From positions 17,133 through 68,566 of the forward strand of contig JBNGDK010000003.1 of NCBI GenBank assembly GCA_049975405.1: DNA of 51,434 bases, in the 5' to 3' direction. Source of the stretch: Candidatus Methanospirareceae archaeon. Its GTDB lineage: Archaea; Halobacteriota; Syntropharchaeia; Alkanophagales; Methanospirareceae. Position 1 is the first letter of the stretch. Each line of letters opens with the position of its first letter. The notes beneath the pieces are model-generated. The model saw only the letters and a program-made list of their open reading frames with translations. It did not search any database and was not told where the DNA came from. A program made the position numbers and the translations under genes. Below, one piece after another: positions 49,007-51,434 of the stretch.

Positions 49007-49407
49007 CCCGAATAGGGGTTTCTCTCCCCTCAAATTTGCTCAACAAGTTTGATACGATCATCTACGGTCGTGGATACTCATCCCGGTCTGAAGGGATTCG
49101 GGACGCTATACGGGCGTATATCATCGAGTACGAGTGGATGGAACGCGAGACCGGCGATGAGATCGGAACCATCACGTACATCTATGATCACGAGCAGCGC
49201 GGCCTCAATGACGAGCTCACGACCGTGCAGCACCAGTATATAGATATGATCAAATCGTCAACCCATATTCATCTTGACCACGAGAATTGCTTTGAGATCA
49301 TCGTGATTCAGGGCGATGCGAAGAAGATAAAGGCGTTGGCGGAGAGCATCATGAGTCTGAAAGGAGTAAAGCACGTTAAGTTAACAACAACGCATGGAGG
49401 GATATGA
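48985..49407 (+). CDS. nikR: Nickel-responsive regulator
   Basis: RIGVSLP..LL.KFD...[14 protein letters not shown]; [15 protein letters not shown]. Confidence 0.95.
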   Translation: MEEGRGLTRIGVSLPSNLLNKFDTIIYGRGYSSRSEGIRDAIRAYIIEYEWMERETGDEIGTITYIYDHEQRGLNDELTTVQHQYIDMIKSSTHIHLDHENCFEIIVIQGDAKKIKALAESIMSLKGVKHVKLTTTHGGI

Positions 49408-50045
49408 AGATGGAGATAATGGATCAGGTAAAGAAAGGAACGACGACCGTTGGGTTGATTTGCAACGACGGTGTCGTGTTAGCAAGTGAGAAGCGGGCGA
49501 CGATGGGGTCGTTCATCGCCTCAAAAGCCGCGAAGAAGATCTATCAGCTGGACGATCGTATCGGGGTCACGACGGCAGGTGTGGTAGGCGATGCGCAGGC
49601 GCTCATTCGCGTGATGCGCGTTGAAGGACAGCTCTACAAGATCCGGCGGGACGAGCCGATGACCGTTCGTGCAATGGCGACCTTGCTCTCCAACGTGATG
49701 AGCGGGAGTCGCTATTATCCATATATCGTGCAACTCCTGATCGGGGGCATTGACCGAAATGGTGCGCACATATTCTCAATCGATCCACTTGGTGGCAATA
49801 CCGAGGAGCGGGAGATTGCGGCCACCGGCTCGGGCTCACCCATTGCCTATGGTGTGCTGGAGGATCGGTACACCGTGGATTTGTCGGTGGACGCGGGCAT
49901 TACACTCGCGATCCAGGCGGTGCAATCGGCACTGAAACGCGACAGCGCATCGGGCGAGGATATTGAGGTGATTGTCATAACGAAGGAAAAGTATAGGGAA
50001 TTGAGCGATGAGAAAGTCAGGGAGATAAAAAGCTCGTTGAAGTAA
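49404..50045 (+). CDS. psmB: Proteasome beta subunit
   Basis: Propeptide then KG/TTTVG, EKRATMG, AG.VGDAQ, ATGSGS, RDSASG. Confidence 0.95.
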   Translation: MKMEIMDQVKKGTTTVGLICNDGVVLASEKRATMGSFIASKAAKKIYQLDDRIGVTTAGVVGDAQALIRVMRVEGQLYKIRRDEPMTVRAMATLLSNVMSGSRYYPYIVQLLIGGIDRNGAHIFSIDPLGGNTEEREIAATGSGSPIAYGVLEDRYTVDLSVDAGITLAIQAVQSALKRDSASGEDIEVIVITKEKYRELSDEKVREIKSSLK

Positions 50046-50232
50046 CTCATTCATATAATACTTACGTCTAACAGCAGAGCGCAGTGTAAGGAATTTAGCA
50101 CCATACTCGAAAGTAGCACGTAGTAGACGTTGAAGGAATGGATCCACACGGATCAGTGCTACGAGTGATTCAAAAGCGAGAGAGCAGAAGAGAGAGCAAC
50201 CGAGGAGTTGTAGGAGACGATCGATAGATACC

Positions 50233-51434
50233 ATGACAGCAGAGGAGACGCTTTTAGACCTGAAACGGCGAATCGTAGAACTCCTGCCGACGGGCGTGAA
50301 GATAGCGAACGTGGAGTTTGAAGGTCCTGAGCTGGTGATCTTCACTGAGGACACGCAGGCCTTCGTGGACGACGCCGCGATCGTTCGTACGCTGGCGAAG
50401 GAATTGAAGAAGCGAATCTCGGTCCGGCCAAGCAGCACTATTTTGATGGAGCCGGAGAAGGCGACGAAGATCATTCATGATATAGTGCCCGAAGAGGGTG
50501 GGATGAAGGATATATATTTCAATATGGACACTGCGGAGGTGATCATCGAGGCTGAGAAACCGGGATTGGTCATCGGGACGCATGGCACAACGTTACGTGA
50601 GGTAGCGAAGGAGATCGGATGGCGGCCACACGTTATCCGGGCACCACCGATCCAATCCTCAATCATCAAGAGCACACGCCGCTATTTACGCGAAGAGAGC
50701 GATTTCAGGAAGGATTTCCTGAAACGGGTGGGCCGGAAGATCTACAGTGAGAAGACGAAAGAAGACGAATGGCTGCGGTTAACGATGCTGGGTGGCTGTC
50801 GCGAGGTTGGTCGGAATTCGTTCATGCTCTCAACGCCAGAGACGAAGATCCTGATCGATTGCGGGGTCAGTGTCGGCTCGGAAGGTACGCCCTATCTGTA
50901 CGCGCCCGAAGTGCTGCCGATTAAAGATATTACCGCAGTTGTGGTCACGCATGCGCATCTTGACCACTCGGGCCTTGTCCCGCTCTTGTTCATGTACGGG
51001 TATGACGGTCCCGTGTACATGACACAGCCAACGCGCGATCTCATGTCGCTTCTGCTGCTCGACTATCTCGAGGTATCAGCACGAGAGGGCAAGAAAATCC
51101 CGTACAAATCCACCTTTATTCGTGACACCATTCGGCATACAATCCCGTTGAAATTCGGCGACGTGACTGATATCGCACCGGATGTCAAACTCACGCTGTA
51201 CAATGCGGGGCACATACTGGGCTCTTCAGTTGCGTACTTCCACGCTGGTAAGGGGCTCTACAATGTCGCCTTCACGGGCGACATCAAGTATGAGCGCACG
51301 TTCCTCTTCGATCCAGCCTTCAACAGCTTCTCGCGGCTCGAGGCGCTCGTAATGGAGTCCACCTATGGTGGCATGAACGATTTACAGCCCTCGCGTAAAG
51401 AAGCGGAGAAGTATCTGAAGGATGAGATCGCGCA
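50233..51434 (+). CDS. fttA: Beta-CASP ribonuclease aCPSF1/FttA (KH + MBL), truncated at window end
   Basis: Not in the ORF track; MTAEETL...[11 protein letters not shown]...[54 protein letters not shown]. Confidence 0.93.
   Translation, partial: MTAEETLLDLKRRIVELLPTGVKIANVEFEGPELVIFTEDTQAFVDDAAIVRTLAKELKKRISVRPSSTILMEPEKATKIIHDIVPEEGGMKDIYFNMDTAEVIIEAEKPGLVIGTHGTTLREVAKEIGWRPHVIRAPPIQSSIIKSTRRYLREESDFRKDFLKRVGRKIYSEKTKEDEWLRLTMLGGCREVGRNSFMLSTPETKILIDCGVSVGSEGTPYLYAPEVLPIKDITAVVVTHAHLDHSGLVPLLFMYGYDGPVYMTQPTRDLMSLLLLDYLEVSAREGKKIPYKSTFIRDTIRHTIPLKFGDVTDIAPDVKLTLYNAGHILGSSVAYFHAGKGLYNVAFTGDIKYERTFLFDPAFNSFSRLEALVMESTYGGMNDLQPSRKEAEKYLKDEIA

Noticed and set aside
1-51434. tRNA, rRNA, SRP/RNase P RNA or IS elements
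   Set aside because: No cloverleaf, conserved RNA signature, transposase or terminal inverted repeat recognised by eye; a covariance-model scan would be needed to exclude them.

Overview
Archaeal chromosomal window; gene content (mfnD-like ATP-grasp ligase, EhaR-like HAD, aCPSF1, aIF5A, proteasome beta) points to a methanogen-related Methanomicrobia-type lineage, possibly ANME-1/Methanophagales (inference). From left to right: a DtxR-feoAB iron module; a 14-kb aryl-acid uptake/activation/carboxylation cluster (Na+/solute symporter with an unannotated 35-aa partner, two paaK+ACT pairs, a split Liv-type ABC transporter, DUF6125, iorAB); a motif-degenerate Cdc6; an isolated cdc48-rps4e-rpl5 unit; central metabolic genes including class II HMG-CoA reductase; an orphan AT-rich ABC-type ATPase; a trp operon led by trpB2 (trpB2-E-G-D-C-F-B1-A); glyS; aIF5A; and a JAB-ribL-nikR-psmB-aCPSF1 cluster. 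The most striking locus is 45.5-47.1 kb. It holds a 28-codon bS22/mS38 (COX24/AURKAIP1)-like basic microprotein with an apparent ATT start, missing from the ORF track. This gene is transcribed divergently from a protein made of four tandem HTH-like repeats plus an RHH-like tail, next to hairpin-flanked promoter elements. I saw no rRNA, tRNA, CRISPR array or transposase. All assignments come from motif recognition by eye; no searches were run.
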